From NCBI GenBank assembly GCA_032718475.1, contig JAUCBJ010000213.1:1-34252 (forward strand): DNA of 34,252 nucleotides, read 5' to 3'. Source of the DNA: Nemertoderma westbladi (lineage: Eukaryota > Animalia > Xenacoelomorpha). Of the stretch, positions 13,210 through 25,797 are shown one piece after another (the stretch's first letter is position 1; the number at the start of each line of letters is the position of its first letter). Under the pieces are notes generated by a model. It did no database searches. It saw only the letters and a list, made by a program, of their open reading frames with translations, and had not been told where the DNA came from. A program made the translations under genes and the position numbers.

Positions 13210-14030
13210 TAGTATTATTCTCAAAATAGTGGTGTAGTACAATTGATTCAAACATCTTATCTTATCAAACACAATTATTGAATTCTCTGGCCTGTAGGAT
13301 TTAACCTTGTTTCTTGCCTTTCTTTCCCTTTCCTTTATGTAGACTATTGACAACTATATGCTCAAGTAAAGTTGGTAATCTCCCCAAGTGAATTGGCAGC
13401 AGTAAGTACTTTATCTATACTTCAACATAATATGGACGATGGCTGCAGATGTAGAATATGGTCTGTTGTCAGCGACTCAAAACCCGGGCTCTTCCCTAGG
13501 CATAGAGATTGGAAAGAAGTTCTAATCAACAGTTCTGATATGAAGGGCATTTTTAACTACAGGTTTCATCTCTTTAAGCTTATCCGCCAGTTTGTCAGTC
13601 GTAATAATTCACCACTATTATCTCCTATGTTCTTCCTTATCCTTCATACATTTTAATAGGTCGCCTTGTACTGTAGCTTCGTACGAGTATCACGAGTTTC
13701 CAGAATTTATTAGATGTTGACGGCGCATGGATCTACGTGCCATTGGCTTGCTTAGCAAATGTTGTGGCCCTCACACACGCTAGCCATAGAAACCTATTGC
13801 CTTCTAGTCTCCAACACCAACAGTCGTATTTATCAATCTCATTCAGGATTTTAATAATTTTAAAGGTTGTGCTAGAGGGCATAGATACTCAATTTGGATC
13901 CAATGTATGTTGGTGTGTTATATTTCTCAGCAAGTCCAGTAAAGATAAGTACCCTGCGAAACCTACCATAAAGCCAATAAATAACACATTCCCACGATCC
14001 GATCAAAATTGCTAAATACCTACAGGAACC
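13210..14030 (-). pseudogene. Upstream part of the same decayed LINE ORF that is split by the HINE stack
   Basis: Minus strand gives ...KSYRP... (NYRPI motif) and MFESIVLHHYFENNTTS, which continues in frame as DDMKWAYT at 1165 once 1171-13209 is removed. The boundary near 14030 is approximate. Confidence 0.6.
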
Positions 14031-14039
14031 AGTCAGCTT

Positions 14040-15200
14040 TAAGGGGGCTAACTATAACCCCTACAGAAATGAAATTTTCGAAAATTTACACAATTTTTTG
14101 CTGTTTGAAAGAAGGGCTTTCATAAAAGGTAATATCGGTTTTCAACATTGAATTATTTTTTGACCTCAAAACTGCTCTTTTCAACAACATACAGTAATAT
14201 ATTGCTGATATTTATGCCTCTCTGTATAAAAAACCTTTTTATCAGTTTGTCGATTTTGATTTTCTTCATCACTAAATTCCCTACTACTTTTTTATATTTT
14301 ACTCAATTTCTATTAAGGGGGGGGGGGGGGGGGGGGTAGAACCCCCACCCCCTCCCTCGAAAATTTGTTTTTTATTGTAACTAGAGCAGAATGAATTTAA
14401 TGGGGAATTCAAATCTGAAAACGGCTTAGAGAGATCTCTTTCAGTTCTCGAGTTATCGTGGAATAGCTGTCTGCAAACCTGTCTGTCATAATGTAAGCCA
14501 GACAGACAGACAACCGACAGGCGGACAGACTACATTCCACCAAATATTAAAACTGACATCAGAAATTAAATCAGCGACCCCGAAAACCCCCATAAATATA
14601 ATTTTAGCTCGGTGCTGTGTTTCCTTCATGTCAGACACTATTAACCAACCAGACTCCATACAGGTAGTTTTGCGCGGGCAGGTTTGAAATTTGAAGGCGA
14701 TTATCTCAGAATGACATTTTTTCGCATGAAAAATACTACACCTCCGCCATTTCTTAACTGTTTTTTTGCAATTTTTGATTTATATGAAAGATAATTTCAT
14801 AGGCTTCAATAAATTTCACGCACTTTTCTTAATTTGATAATATTTCCCCATTTTTTTAATGAAAAATTACAAAAAAACATGGGTTTTTTCAATTTTTCAA
14901 AAAATTATATTATTTTTTTTACAAAATTGCTAATTATCAGAAATAGAAAACGAAAATACAAAACGTGCGTGAAAAATATCATGAAGATAAACATGCTGGT
15001 TCCAAAAAATGTGGTATTCGGAAAATAAAAATGGAAAATGACGGAGGAGTAGTCTTTTTAGTGAAATTTTTAAAATCTGACGCAGGCCGCTAGGGGGCGC
15101 AAAAAATTTTTTTTCTAATTTTTTATGTACTTTTGATGATTCTCTTTCCGATGGTATATCGTTTTCTATGCATTTTTCAACCACATTGAAGACATAGCTC
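14040..15200 (+). mobile_element. Old non-autonomous DNA-type interspersed element (superfamily unclear)
   Basis: 14310-14780 is homologous to the reverse complement of ~28830-29290 (poly-G, tcaaatctgaaaac, (CAGA)n, aaatcagcgaccccgaaaacccccataa). Begins TTAAGGGGG. Termini not resolved. Confidence 0.55.
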
Positions 15201-15834
15201 ATTCCATACTAGTAGTATGGCCTACTAGCCATACTACACTATGGCCATGGCTAGGCTGACAGGGTGCGATACACTAGGCCAGTTTCTATATCGGATTTGG
15301 ATAGGAATTTAGAACGGTGTTTCTGAGTTATCAATAAATAATTGATTCATGTATCTTAAGTAACAATGATTTAATCATTAATATTTGAATTAATGAATGA
15401 TATGCCTCACTTGGGTCTACTGTAAAAATTATCTGAAACTCATAATGGTTCTTACTGGAAAAACACTTGTTTATTGTTTTTTTTAACCAGGTTTAACATT
15501 TTGTCCGAGATTATATCACATTTGAATCAAATGGTCAGAAACTGTACCGGGATGTGAGGAAGGTTGTAAGGTTAGCAATATTGGTATACTTTAGCTTTGC
15601 CTTAATGGTAAAATGTTTTCACTTTCAGTCATTTTGCAATTTTCCACTTTCCGCTATAGACCTAAGAAATATCCAATATATATTAACCTTCTTTACTTCT
15701 TCAAAACATCTGCCCTATGGTGTTATGTTGAAGAAAGTTGAATATAAATAAGTCCTCTAATATTTGCCCGACAGAGAAAACGATAGACTACTACTACTGT
15801 AATATAATCGCCCTGCTGTATTGAAACTGCACAT

Positions 15835-16410
15835 TGAAATGCTATGGCCTTCACTTCAGCAAAGGAGATATCGCCAATGGGAATATCTGCGAGTACAGAC
15901 TCAGACACTTATACTTCTATAAAGTTATCGGGCAATACCCTGTCATTATTGAGGAGCTTTTCAAAGTGGGCCTTCCAACCATTGAGGCGATCGGCTGGTG
16001 ATTCTGCCTTAACCTTGGTAGGTTGGTTGGCTTTTCCGCCCAGTAAGCAAATTGATCGATTTCCATGCCTGGGATGATTGTCTGCTGTCGTCAGCATCAT
16101 TGATGGCATCAACCTGTTGGTTTATTAGCTCCTGTAGATTAACAGAGTACTGCCTGTTCAGGGACCCAGATGCAGCCGGCGATCAGGCGGTGATCACTGG
16201 AGAAGGGTCGAAGTGTAAATGCATTACAGTCTTGTATAGAGCTCCTGTATTTCCTACGAAACAGAATATGGTCTATCTGGGACTTGTGACCACTGGGGTC
16301 CAGTGTCAGCCCCTAACTTTCCAGTTCGCTACTTGAACTGGGATCCAGCCGAAAATAATCCATTTTCCAAAGATGAAATCCTGAAGATGCACCCAGATAA
16401 ACGATAGACG
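15835..16410 (-). pseudogene. Degenerate RTE-like LINE fragment (linker between endonuclease and RT)
   Basis: Frameshifted frames give QAWKSINLLTGRKSQ / KAESPADRLNGWKAHFEKLLN / IPIGDISFAEVKAI, typical of RTE-clade ORFs. Confidence 0.65.
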
Positions 16411-16668
16411 GGCACCAACCGACCTATCGACATTACTGTATTATATTTATCTGTTCCATTATTGTAATATAACCTCTTTGAGGTTAAAATGCATAAATGA
16501 TTATAGTGGACTTTGGCTCAGTAAAAAGTATGCAATACATTTAATTATATATCTATTAGTAGCATTTGTAGTCGTATTGTATATATATAATATATACTGT
16601 ATTATTTATTTATCACATAATTTATTTAAACTTGAAGATCTAAACCTGCTACTTTAGCATCATAGAAT

Positions 16669-17004
16669 ATGGAATACTCTGTATTTGTTTTCCTAAACAT
16701 TTTTCTTCCAGTTATATTCCCACTTATTATTATTGGGAACGCATTTATGTTGGTAGTTATTGCCACAAATAAAGAAATGCAAAACCCCACCAATATATTT
16801 ATGGCCAATTTGTGTCTTTCCGATTTACTGACCGGTATAATCGGCGTTGGCCCCGTTATGATATTTGTAAACGATGATTACCCTTCATGGCCTCTGGGTG
16901 ATTTTTTGTGCAGATCAATTCGTTACACATGCAATGCGAGTTTTACGGCCAGCATTTTATTCATGTTATGCATTTGTATTGAACGCTATATTGTTATATC
17001 GTAA
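16669..17004 (+). pseudogene. Class A (rhodopsin-like) peptide GPCR fragment, TM1-TM3; pseudogene or isolated exon
   Basis: GN (TM1), TNIFMANLCLSD (TM2), WPLGDFLC (ECL1), ERY (TM3). Removing 2 nt at ~16997 restores ERYIVIVKPF. No TM4-7 seen. Confidence 0.85.
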
Positions 17005-17479
17005 AACCGTTTCTAATTAAACTGATAGTATTCTGGCCTCATACTGATCAGTCATCTGGGTAGGGCTCCTAAATAAAATGCAAGGGCAAGGGGACTGTTG
17101 TATATTAAAAATTAAAAACTTTTATGTAATATTAAAATTCGATAATTTTAAGATGAATTTCCTGTGAGATTTCCAAATAAGTCGCAGATAAGGGTGGGGG
17201 GGGGGGGGGGGGGGGGGGGTTCGTTACTTTCGACGCAGGAAAGATCGATACAAATAATAACTGATTACTCCCAAAAGAACTGTAACCTGTGCTATTGACT
17301 TTCGTTTATTGATTTAGTTAGAATAAACTGTACTGTAACCTGCTCCTACCATAAATTGATAACTTTACATTGAGACGGGATAATTAATTAGCCGATGTGA
17401 GATTTACGTCCAGCCCCCCCCCCAGGTTATTTTGTAGTTAGTTGTGGGGCGAGCCACGAAGTTGGAGGAGCCTTAGCAA

Positions 17480-17732
17480 GCTTGGAGGTGGTTGGCGACT
17501 TGCCCTCGACTCAGCAGATGATAGTGGCAATGGTGGAATTGGTCTATTGATGAATCCAGCTGCACTTGCAGCATTCTTTACTTTCCTGGGTGACTTTAAT
17601 GCCAGTCTGCATCAATCACCTACATCGCCCTGGGTCTATATAGCGATTCATCTAAATTCCGTCCATCTTCAGGATTTCATCTCTGGAAATTGTTTGTTTT
17701 CAACTGGAACCCAGTTAAAGAAGCGAACTTAG
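17480..17732 (+). pseudogene. APE-type endonuclease fragment of an RTE-like LINE, internally deleted
   Basis: GGIGLL, GDFNA and N..HLQDF...N.L...T.LKK motifs. Confidence 0.75.
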
Positions 17733-19553
17733 TGGGTGAGCCAAAACTTTTATTTTGCTTTCATTCTTAGGCTACAGCTATAGATGTCTCCGCCGATATT
17801 TCACCAGTTACATCGCAGTTATTCTTCAACCTTATAGTGATGGTACTGATGGAAAGCTAGCCCGTCAACTACTACTACTACTACTACCGGCATGCTACAT
17901 TGCAGCTGCATTATATGTATTACATATATATTAAGAATGCTGTGACGGTTGTCGACAAAATTGCGCCACCACAACTCCCTATTACTCATGCATGACACTT
18001 GCTAGGTCATCCGCATCTTCAAGGTCAGTTTCCTTTAAGATGCGTCTCAAGAGAAAGTCATGGGCTGTCCACCATGCTTATTCACTCCATGAGGCCGCCA
18101 AAGCACAAGGTTATGCACTGGCTGGTCCTCACGGCGAAAGCAATGTCCTGCAAAGCGGCGGCGGCTCCGTTCAAGTGTCAAGCTAGGGGAGACTAATGAA
18201 ACACCACATCTTCAATGTTGTATATTTATTTTGAATACTAATAACTGATGAATAGTAGGCCTATAAGGGATTCATTTAAACCCAGAGACGTCTTTTAAAC
18301 ATAGGTTGTATTGAGCCCCGTTGATCAAGTGATTCATTTAAAACTACTTTGAAATGAATGGATTGAAACCTAGGTTTAAATGATTTTGGTGTCATTTTTT
18401 ATGGGATTCATTACATACAAACCTCTATTTAAAACTATATTTAACCCAATCTTCAGAGGACATTCATTTCAACCTAAGTTAGAATGAATCACCAATCAAG
18501 GGAGTCTTTTTCCAGGGGGATTCAATAGAAACTACCACACCGGTAAAAATCACTATATAACGCTTCCGCGATCACCTAAAAATGTTATTTATCCAGTTTC
18601 CACTCACATTCTTTACTTAGGCCTAATATGTAGGGTGTTTGAAAAAGGTGGGCTGGATACAGAAAACATGGACAATGGACAGACCAATCACGGACGATTT
18701 GCGTCACACAGCATGTCCACCCTTTTCAGCTTTGTTGTCCACCTTTTTCAAATTTGAATAAGGCAGTAAGGTGGACTGGGTTGAGAAAGCTGCTTTATTT
18801 ACTGTTTACCGTTCATCCTGAGATCGGTTATTAAACGACCGAGCGCAGGGAGGGAGGTAAATAAGTCCCCATATTTTGGGAGTGGCGGTCCGAAACCCTA
18901 ATTCAAAATGGAAATGGAGGCCCAACCCTTAATTAAAACTGCTGAACTGTCATGTAACCCCAACCTTAAATATTTTGGATCCTAAATTCCACAAAATTTC
19001 TTAGATTAGATTGTTAGAGCATCGGGACTTTAAGGTCACCGGTATTAGGGTTACTAATGACAGTTTTAATTAGGGTTTGGGCCATGACCAACTAACCCAA
19101 CCACAAAAATAAACCAATAAATCTAAGCTAAAGTGCTGTACGGTACGCTAGAGGCTAGACCTACCATTATTAGCCTATGCTGTAAGTCTATAGGGGGGCA
19201 ATCCGCGCGAGGGTGGGGGGGGGGGGGGGGTGTAGATACGGCTAGGACACCGACAGCATTCTTAATGCAACTGCTTCCAGCATGCCCATTATAGATAGAT
19301 AATTGAAACCTGAAAAAGGTGGACAGTCCAAATCACTAATAAATAGCATTGCTTTAATACGTTTCTGATTGGTCAGACTATTATCTATCAGTAGGGAACA
19401 TATGCTTAAATAAGCAGTACGGATCGCACTTCTTATTTACAGATCGCACTGCTTATTTAGGCAGTTTTACTCTCTCTAACTTTTGTGTTGTTTTGATGGT
19501 TTGACAGGTAGCAAATCAAAAGGGCCCCAATTTTTCTCCTCCAATGGGAACGT

Positions 19554-21442
19554 TGGGTTTGACTTTACTGCGTATACGTAGGCCTACGCGTAGCTACGCG
19601 TAGGTTTACGCGTAGGCCAGAATTGTCTTTTGGCGTAGGAATTTCTTGCGTAGGTGCTTGCCTATGAACCAATCACAAGGACGTTTGTTGTGTATATTGT
19701 AGTGGGAAATTTAAATTTATTATCATAATAATACTGTATGACATACTGACATAGCCTTAGCCTATGCAGGAGTAGCCCGGCAGCCCGGGCACTACAGCAA
19801 TGGCTGTCTGCTGGATTTAGTTTAGTTTAGTTTAGTTTAATACGCCAAATGCAAATAAAAATTAATACATACAGCACATAAATTCTTATTATAAAACACA
19901 ATGAACTGGCAAATCTATAAGGATTCTACGCATATGCGTATATTTCTTTTATGAAGTACCGGTAGGCCTACTACTGTAGGTAAGTTACATACATTATAGG
20001 TACAAACATATAACATAAATAAACAATAATCAGATAGTGGGGTTCAAAATTATACGACGTAGATTGTAAGTAAAAACCACAATGTTGATAATTTTACATA
20101 TTGCAATAATAAAAAAAAATAAACATTAAAAATTTTAGTTGGCACGTTATGATTAAAATTTTTCTATTAAGAATGATACAGTAAAAACTTCGATGTGTGC
20201 AATAATATTAAAAAAAAACAAATAAAAAATAATAAAAATAATAAAAAATACTGTGCACTTCATATGAAAATATTAAAAACAAAGAACCTGATATTTAATT
20301 AAGTAAAAATTGTAATTACAATGATACAAAAGTAAAATTTAATTTAATATAAGTACCGATGGAATGTAAACTGGGCAGTGGCAACTTGTCTAACTGGTAC
20401 CGGTATATCACTATAAATATTCATTTTGGACTTCATGGCACAATCAAGACGATTTTTATATAAGTTTACACTAGGATTACCATGAAAATCTCGAGCATTA
20501 ACAACATTCTCATCCAACATATTCCATAAGTTTATTACACGAGACGCAAAACTGTTAGTGTGGAACAGATGTTGAACAGATTATGACATTTATACATTAC
20601 GACATGACATTTATTTATTTATTTTACAATATTATTTTAATATTTATTATTTTATTATTTATTTATTTATTTTTACAAACGATATAGTTAAGTTAATATA
20701 GTTAATATTATTGAATGTGTATCGTGTTGTAATTGAATGTGTGAACTTGTATGTATGTTTCGGAATCTTAGTTGAATCCTCGTTGGTTCTCGTTCTCGTT
20801 GAACTCGTTTGTGTAGTCGCCAACGTCACGTACTAAGTAATCGTTGGTTACGCTCGTCCGTACGCGGACTCGGCTACTCCGGGGACCATGAGGAACTCTC
20901 GCGTAACTTCGTCGCCACGTTGAACAACCTCGGCTCAGCAGCTACTACCGCGGTCGCCCCGGTGCGCCTCCACGATCTACGAACCCCGTGAGGGTGAGCG
21001 CGTCCTGTAGCTCGCTCCCCCGCTCTGCTCGGCTACCGTCGACCAGTCGCCCTGCATGGAGGCCGACAAAGGAGATTCGAGGCGATTCGGGTCACCGCAC
21101 ACCGGGAACCCGACAATCGAGACTCCGTGACCACGTATACGACGTACTCGCCCGCGCTCCAGTCCTCGTCGACATCATACGGCTATACTAGTCAGCTGAT
21201 AAAGCCCTATGATGCCGCTATCAGCATAAGCTACATTATATTATTACAGTATTATTATATTACGGGTACATCTAAATTTAAATTTCCCACTACATACAAG
21301 AAACACAACAAACGTCCTTGTGATTGGTTCACAGGCAAGCACCTACGCAAGAAATTCCTACGCCAAAAGACAATTCTGGCCTACGCGTAAACCTACGCGT
21401 AGCTACGCGTAGGCCTACGTATACGCAGTAAAGTCAAACCCA
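19554..21442. mobile_element. Element Z: non-autonomous TIR element (~165-bp TIRs, (T)GGGTTTGACTTTACTGCG...) nested in the left TIR of Y
   Basis: Near-perfect TIRs 19554-~19718 / ~21272-21442. TSD is GGAACGT (7 bp perfect), or 9 bp with one mismatch if the termini are GGG..CCC (MULE-like). The empty site is confirmed by Y's right TIR. Confidence 0.9.
20470..20590 (-). pseudogene. Short decayed CR1-type LINE C-terminal fragment inside Z
   Basis: Minus strand NSFASRVIK / LWNMLDENVVNA parallels DSFHFRVISPWNALPDVVVTS in the CR1 at 23690-24571. Confidence 0.55.
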
Positions 21443-21828
21443 GGAACGTTTGTATACCCTGAGTCATATTTTGAAATCAGCAATTAATTCTGTCGTGTAG
21501 AAGTCAATATAATAGGCTTCTACTATGAAGCAGTAGTTCCAATATCTCCTGGAATACTTTCTGACGAGGCGCACTTCCTAAATAAGAGTTTTGGCTTGTT
21601 TAAATAAACAGTGCGATCTTAACCAAGTTTGTAGTTACTTCTTAAATAAGCAGTGCGGGGTTGTTATAACTTCTGGTTACTTCTTAAAGAAGCAGTTTTT
21701 TATCTACTCACTCATTTTTTATCTACTCACTCATATACCTATGAACCTATCTGACTAAAATAGTTAATTTATGGGTATCAAATAAACCTGTCAGCCTGTA
21801 CCGGTAATACTAATGTATATGTCTGTAT

Positions 21829-22475
21829 GTGAGTCGCCCATTGCTTGTAAATTGTAATAATGATGAAACACCTTCTGAAAGCGAAGCCTCGACAAAACCA
21901 AAATTTAAGAAGCAGTGTGGGTCGTGTTCTGGTACCACTGGACTTATTAATTTAAGTTCTTCGAAAACTCATGGAAGATTTCAGAAAACTGTGATCAAGT
22001 ATATGATAACGAATAGAAAGATTTCAACACGTAACAAATTTGTTTGTGATAAATGTTATGAATTGTCAAGATCTCAAATTCATACTGATATTGACTCAGA
22101 CGTAGATGCATCCACACAGCCACTCATTCTGACCTTCAAATCTTAAAGTCCTCAATTATGTCAACAGCCAAGTCGTTGAAAGGGAAGTATCGTGAATTTC
22201 TCACTTCAAGAGAGTGTTTAGAATTTGTTGACAAGAAAGTTATAGATTTCTGTTGCTCTTTGAGTAATTTAGAAAACCTTGATGAAGCTACTGATTCACA
22301 ATGCTTCTCGATATTAAAAACTATAGAGCAGCTTTGTTACTTGTCAAATAAAACCTTTGTGGGTCCAATGTCATTTCAACAGAACTTTAACATGTATGTT
22401 ATCTCGCATTGTAAAACTGCAATTCAGATAAATAGTTGTGGCACCCCAAATGGAAGGAAGTCTTACATTAATTAA
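21829..22475 (+). pseudogene. Broken ORF remnant in the centre of Y; probable transposase/accessory protein N-terminal fragment with CxxC...CxxC
   Basis: Two consecutive 105-aa ORFs (CGSC...CDKC; ...VGPMSFQQNFNMYVISHCK...) between the TIRs. No catalytic domain recognised. Confidence 0.45.
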
Positions 22476-22853
22476 GAACTGCCTCACCTTTGGTTGAAAA
22501 CAGCTTAGAAAACAGCTTTAAGAAACGCAGTCTTAATTATCATATTACTGGAATTAAGTCGTTAGACTGATAATGAATCATGACCCTTTAACAACTTATT
22601 GGGGCACTGCTTATTTAAGAGATACTGTAGGTCTACCATTAACTAGAGGTTACAACAACCCCGCACTGCTTATTTAAGAAGTAGCTATAAACTTGGTTAA
22701 GATCGCACTGTTTATTTAAACAAGCCAAAACTCTTATTTAGGAAGGTCGCCTCGTCAGAAAGTATTCCAGGAGATATTGGAACTACTGCTTCATAGTAGA
22801 AGCCTATTATATTGACTTCTACACGACAGAATTAATTGCTGATTTCAAAATAT

Positions 22854-25797
22854 TATTATTAAAAGTTACAGGAACAAGAAAGTTGAGAACTTATAGGGTC
22901 CCATAAATCACGATATGTAAGCGGAAATTAAACTTTAAAAATATAAGAATTACTCAAAACATTTAAACAACACAATAAGGTAGAATGCAACATACATTTA
23001 GCATTTACGGCATGTCTCCATAATACAATAAAATGGCGCAAAGTAAATAAAAGTTAATATATCACGTGGACTATCTAGATAAAATAGATAAAAATTAATG
23101 GCATAGAAGTAATCTATACGGTGTTAACAGAATAAGATTATTGGCTATATAATGTACAACGCAGTGGTAGATAAATAATTAAAGTGGGATTGCACAACAT
23201 GTGAGTAAAATAGAACAACTGAGAACTGTGATTCCGGAATGTGTGACAGCATAACAATACGATCGATATACATACATTGTATAACTACTGGAAAATAAAA
23301 TTAAATAGGTAGGCCTACAAAAGTAAAGTAAAACAGTACAAATTCATTAAAAAAAAAGGTAATAAAAACAACTGAGAATGGATAATTAAATAAAACAGAT
23401 ACAGTACAATAGTAAAACGGTACAAATTCATGAAGATAAAAGATTAATGCATAACAGATTGCATAGCATGTGAGTAAAAATAGGGCAACTGGGGAAATAC
23501 GATATACAATTTTTAACAAATGGGAAAATTAAATAAAATAAGTAGTAAAGTAAAACGGTAGAAATTCAATAAAAAAAAAAGCGGTAAAAAAAACTGAAGT
23601 TAAAATAAGATTAATAAAATATACGGCTAAATAAGATTTACAGTAATTATGGGTTAGATAGATTATGTGAACAAGTGGATTAGATTAGATTAATTCCACC
23701 AGGATGGGTAGAACTTAGTAGCAGAGTTGTAATGGTCATTTAAGTTCGATTTGAATATATTCACACTTGGGGAAGTAACAACCACATCAGGAAGAGCATT
23801 CCAGGGAGATATGACTCGGAAGTGGAACGAATCGGCCCGGATTTTCAGACGGACGGTCGGTTTGGTGAGTTTTAAAGAGTTACCGCGACAGACAGTTGAC
23901 GATAAGGAGAAGAAACTCTGCCAATCGACAGCATCAACACCCGTTAGCATGCGATATAATTGAATAAGGTCCGCGCGAGAACGTCGGTATTCCAGAGTAG
24001 GTAGTCCCAAGCGACGCAGTCGCTCCGGATATGGAAGGTCACGAAGGCCCGCTACCAAACGGGTAGCCCGACGTTGGACAGACTCAAGTAGGCGGCTTTC
24101 TCCTACATGGCTGGGTGACCAAACTGGAGATGCGTATTCCACACAAGGACGGACAAGTGACTTATAGAGACTAATGAACATGTCTTCATTGAGGTGATTA
24201 AAGCTTCTATATACTAGCCCCAGAACCTTATTTGCCTTCTTCACGATAGTGGCTATGTGCAATGAGAACTGGAGAGAATCATCTAAGTTCACACCCAAGT
24301 CTTTCTCTGTTTCGGTTGTCTCCAGTGTGTGTGACCCGAGGGTGTAAGTGTACCTGGGGTTAGAGCGACCAATATGCATTACCTTGCATTTCTTATGATT
24401 AAATAATAATTGCCAGGTCTTGCTCCACCAATCCAAAATATCTAGATCACTTTGCAGGGGTCCCACGGAGAGTTTAATAGAGGGATCCACTACAGCAGAG
24501 TCTTTTAAGTCATCAGCGAACAAGTATGCCAAATGCCCTAGGAGTGCAGGAATGTCATCTACAAATCCCAAGAAAAATAGTACCCCATCGACACTTCCTT
24601 GGGGAACCCCACTATCAACTGATAGCCATGTTGAATGTTCACCACCAATTACTACTCGTTGGTATCTACCAGATAAAAACGAACTAATTCACTTCAAAAG
24701 GTTGCCAGCTATCCCCAATGACTTCAATTTGAGGAGTAGACGTTGATGTGGGACAGAATCAAACGCTTTACGAAAGTCTAAAAAGGCAACGTCAATACAT
24801 TGTCGGTCATCAAGGACCTTATACCAGTTAAATATGGCATCCAGTAGTTGCAGTGTACATGAGCGTCCTTTAAGAAACCCATACTGTTGGTCAGAAAGAC
24901 GTCTGTTTTCCTTTAAAAATTCGTATGTGACAGATGCTATGTTGCGCTCCATAAGCTTACACACAACTGCCGGTAGTTTTCTTTATCATATTTCTTTCCA
25001 TTCTTGAACTGCGGAGATATATTTGCCAATTTCCATTCTGCTGGAACTATACCTTCATCCATAGACTTTTGGAATAGAATAGCAAGTGGATGGGCGATGG
25101 AATCAGCAAGTTCCTTTATGACCTGTGGATATATGGAATCAGGGCCAGCAGCACTGGGACTTTTCATTTCCTGTATGGCTTTTGTGACTGATTCTGTGGT
25201 GAATGAAATTGAGGAGAGTTCGATAGTGTTTGGTTGAGTAGGAGGAAGGCTAGAAATGTTACTCAGGTCTTCAACTGTAAAAGCACTATGAAAATACTCA
25301 TTTAGCAAAGTTGCTTTCTCAATATTTGTAGTGGCGAATGTACCATCTGGACGTTTGATGTTGTGTATGGTTGAACGAACTTTGGTTTTTGACCGAACAA
25401 ACTTCCAGAATTCAGTTGGATTTGTTGAGGCATTCAAGGCGATTTTACGTTCAAATTGACACTTTGCCTTCCGTATATTTTGGGTACAAATATTTCTAGC
25501 AAGTTTATATCTTTCCATTGTATTAGGCGACGGATCTCTGCGGTACGCAATCCAACAGTGTTCCTTGTTCCGAATAGAATTACGAACGTCAATGTTCATC
25601 CACTTGGGTGGCAGAGAGGAAGAAATGGGTTTGGTGGGAATATGGTGTTTGCATGAGTGCAATAGGCAGGAATGGAATAGTGACCATGATGATTGTGCAG
25701 AGAGAGGAGTGAAGAGGGCAGACCAGTTATTGATATTAAATTCTGCAGCAATTACTGAATAATTTGCTTTTGAAAAGATGGGACGATTAAGTGTTGC
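22854..25797 (-). mobile_element. 5'-truncated CR1-clade LINE nested in the right TIR of Y
   Basis: ORF2 pieces 24937-25797, 24689-24964 and 23690-24688 carry AAGPDSI, QYGF..GRSC, FLDFRKAFDSVPH, SGVPQGS, LFADD, EKDLGV, LESVQRRATR. One deletion-frameshift after NYR and one TGA at 24689. ~0.84-kb 3'UTR with (AAT)n tail; TSD AATAT at 22849-22853 / 25798-25802. Confidence 0.93.

Noticed and set aside
1164-13210. 8-bp TSD (TCACTAGT) implying one 12-kb hAT/P-like insertion
   Set aside because: The same sequence ends every family B unit internally, so it is element-encoded; the block has no TIRs.
10109-13255. ORFs of (AEPSR)n / (LGSAR)n
   Set aside because: These are translations of the GAGCC microsatellite.
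18260-19090. Imperfect inverted repeats (~18320-18500, ~18920-19085) suggesting further MITE remnants
   Set aside because: Too decayed to define termini or TSDs.
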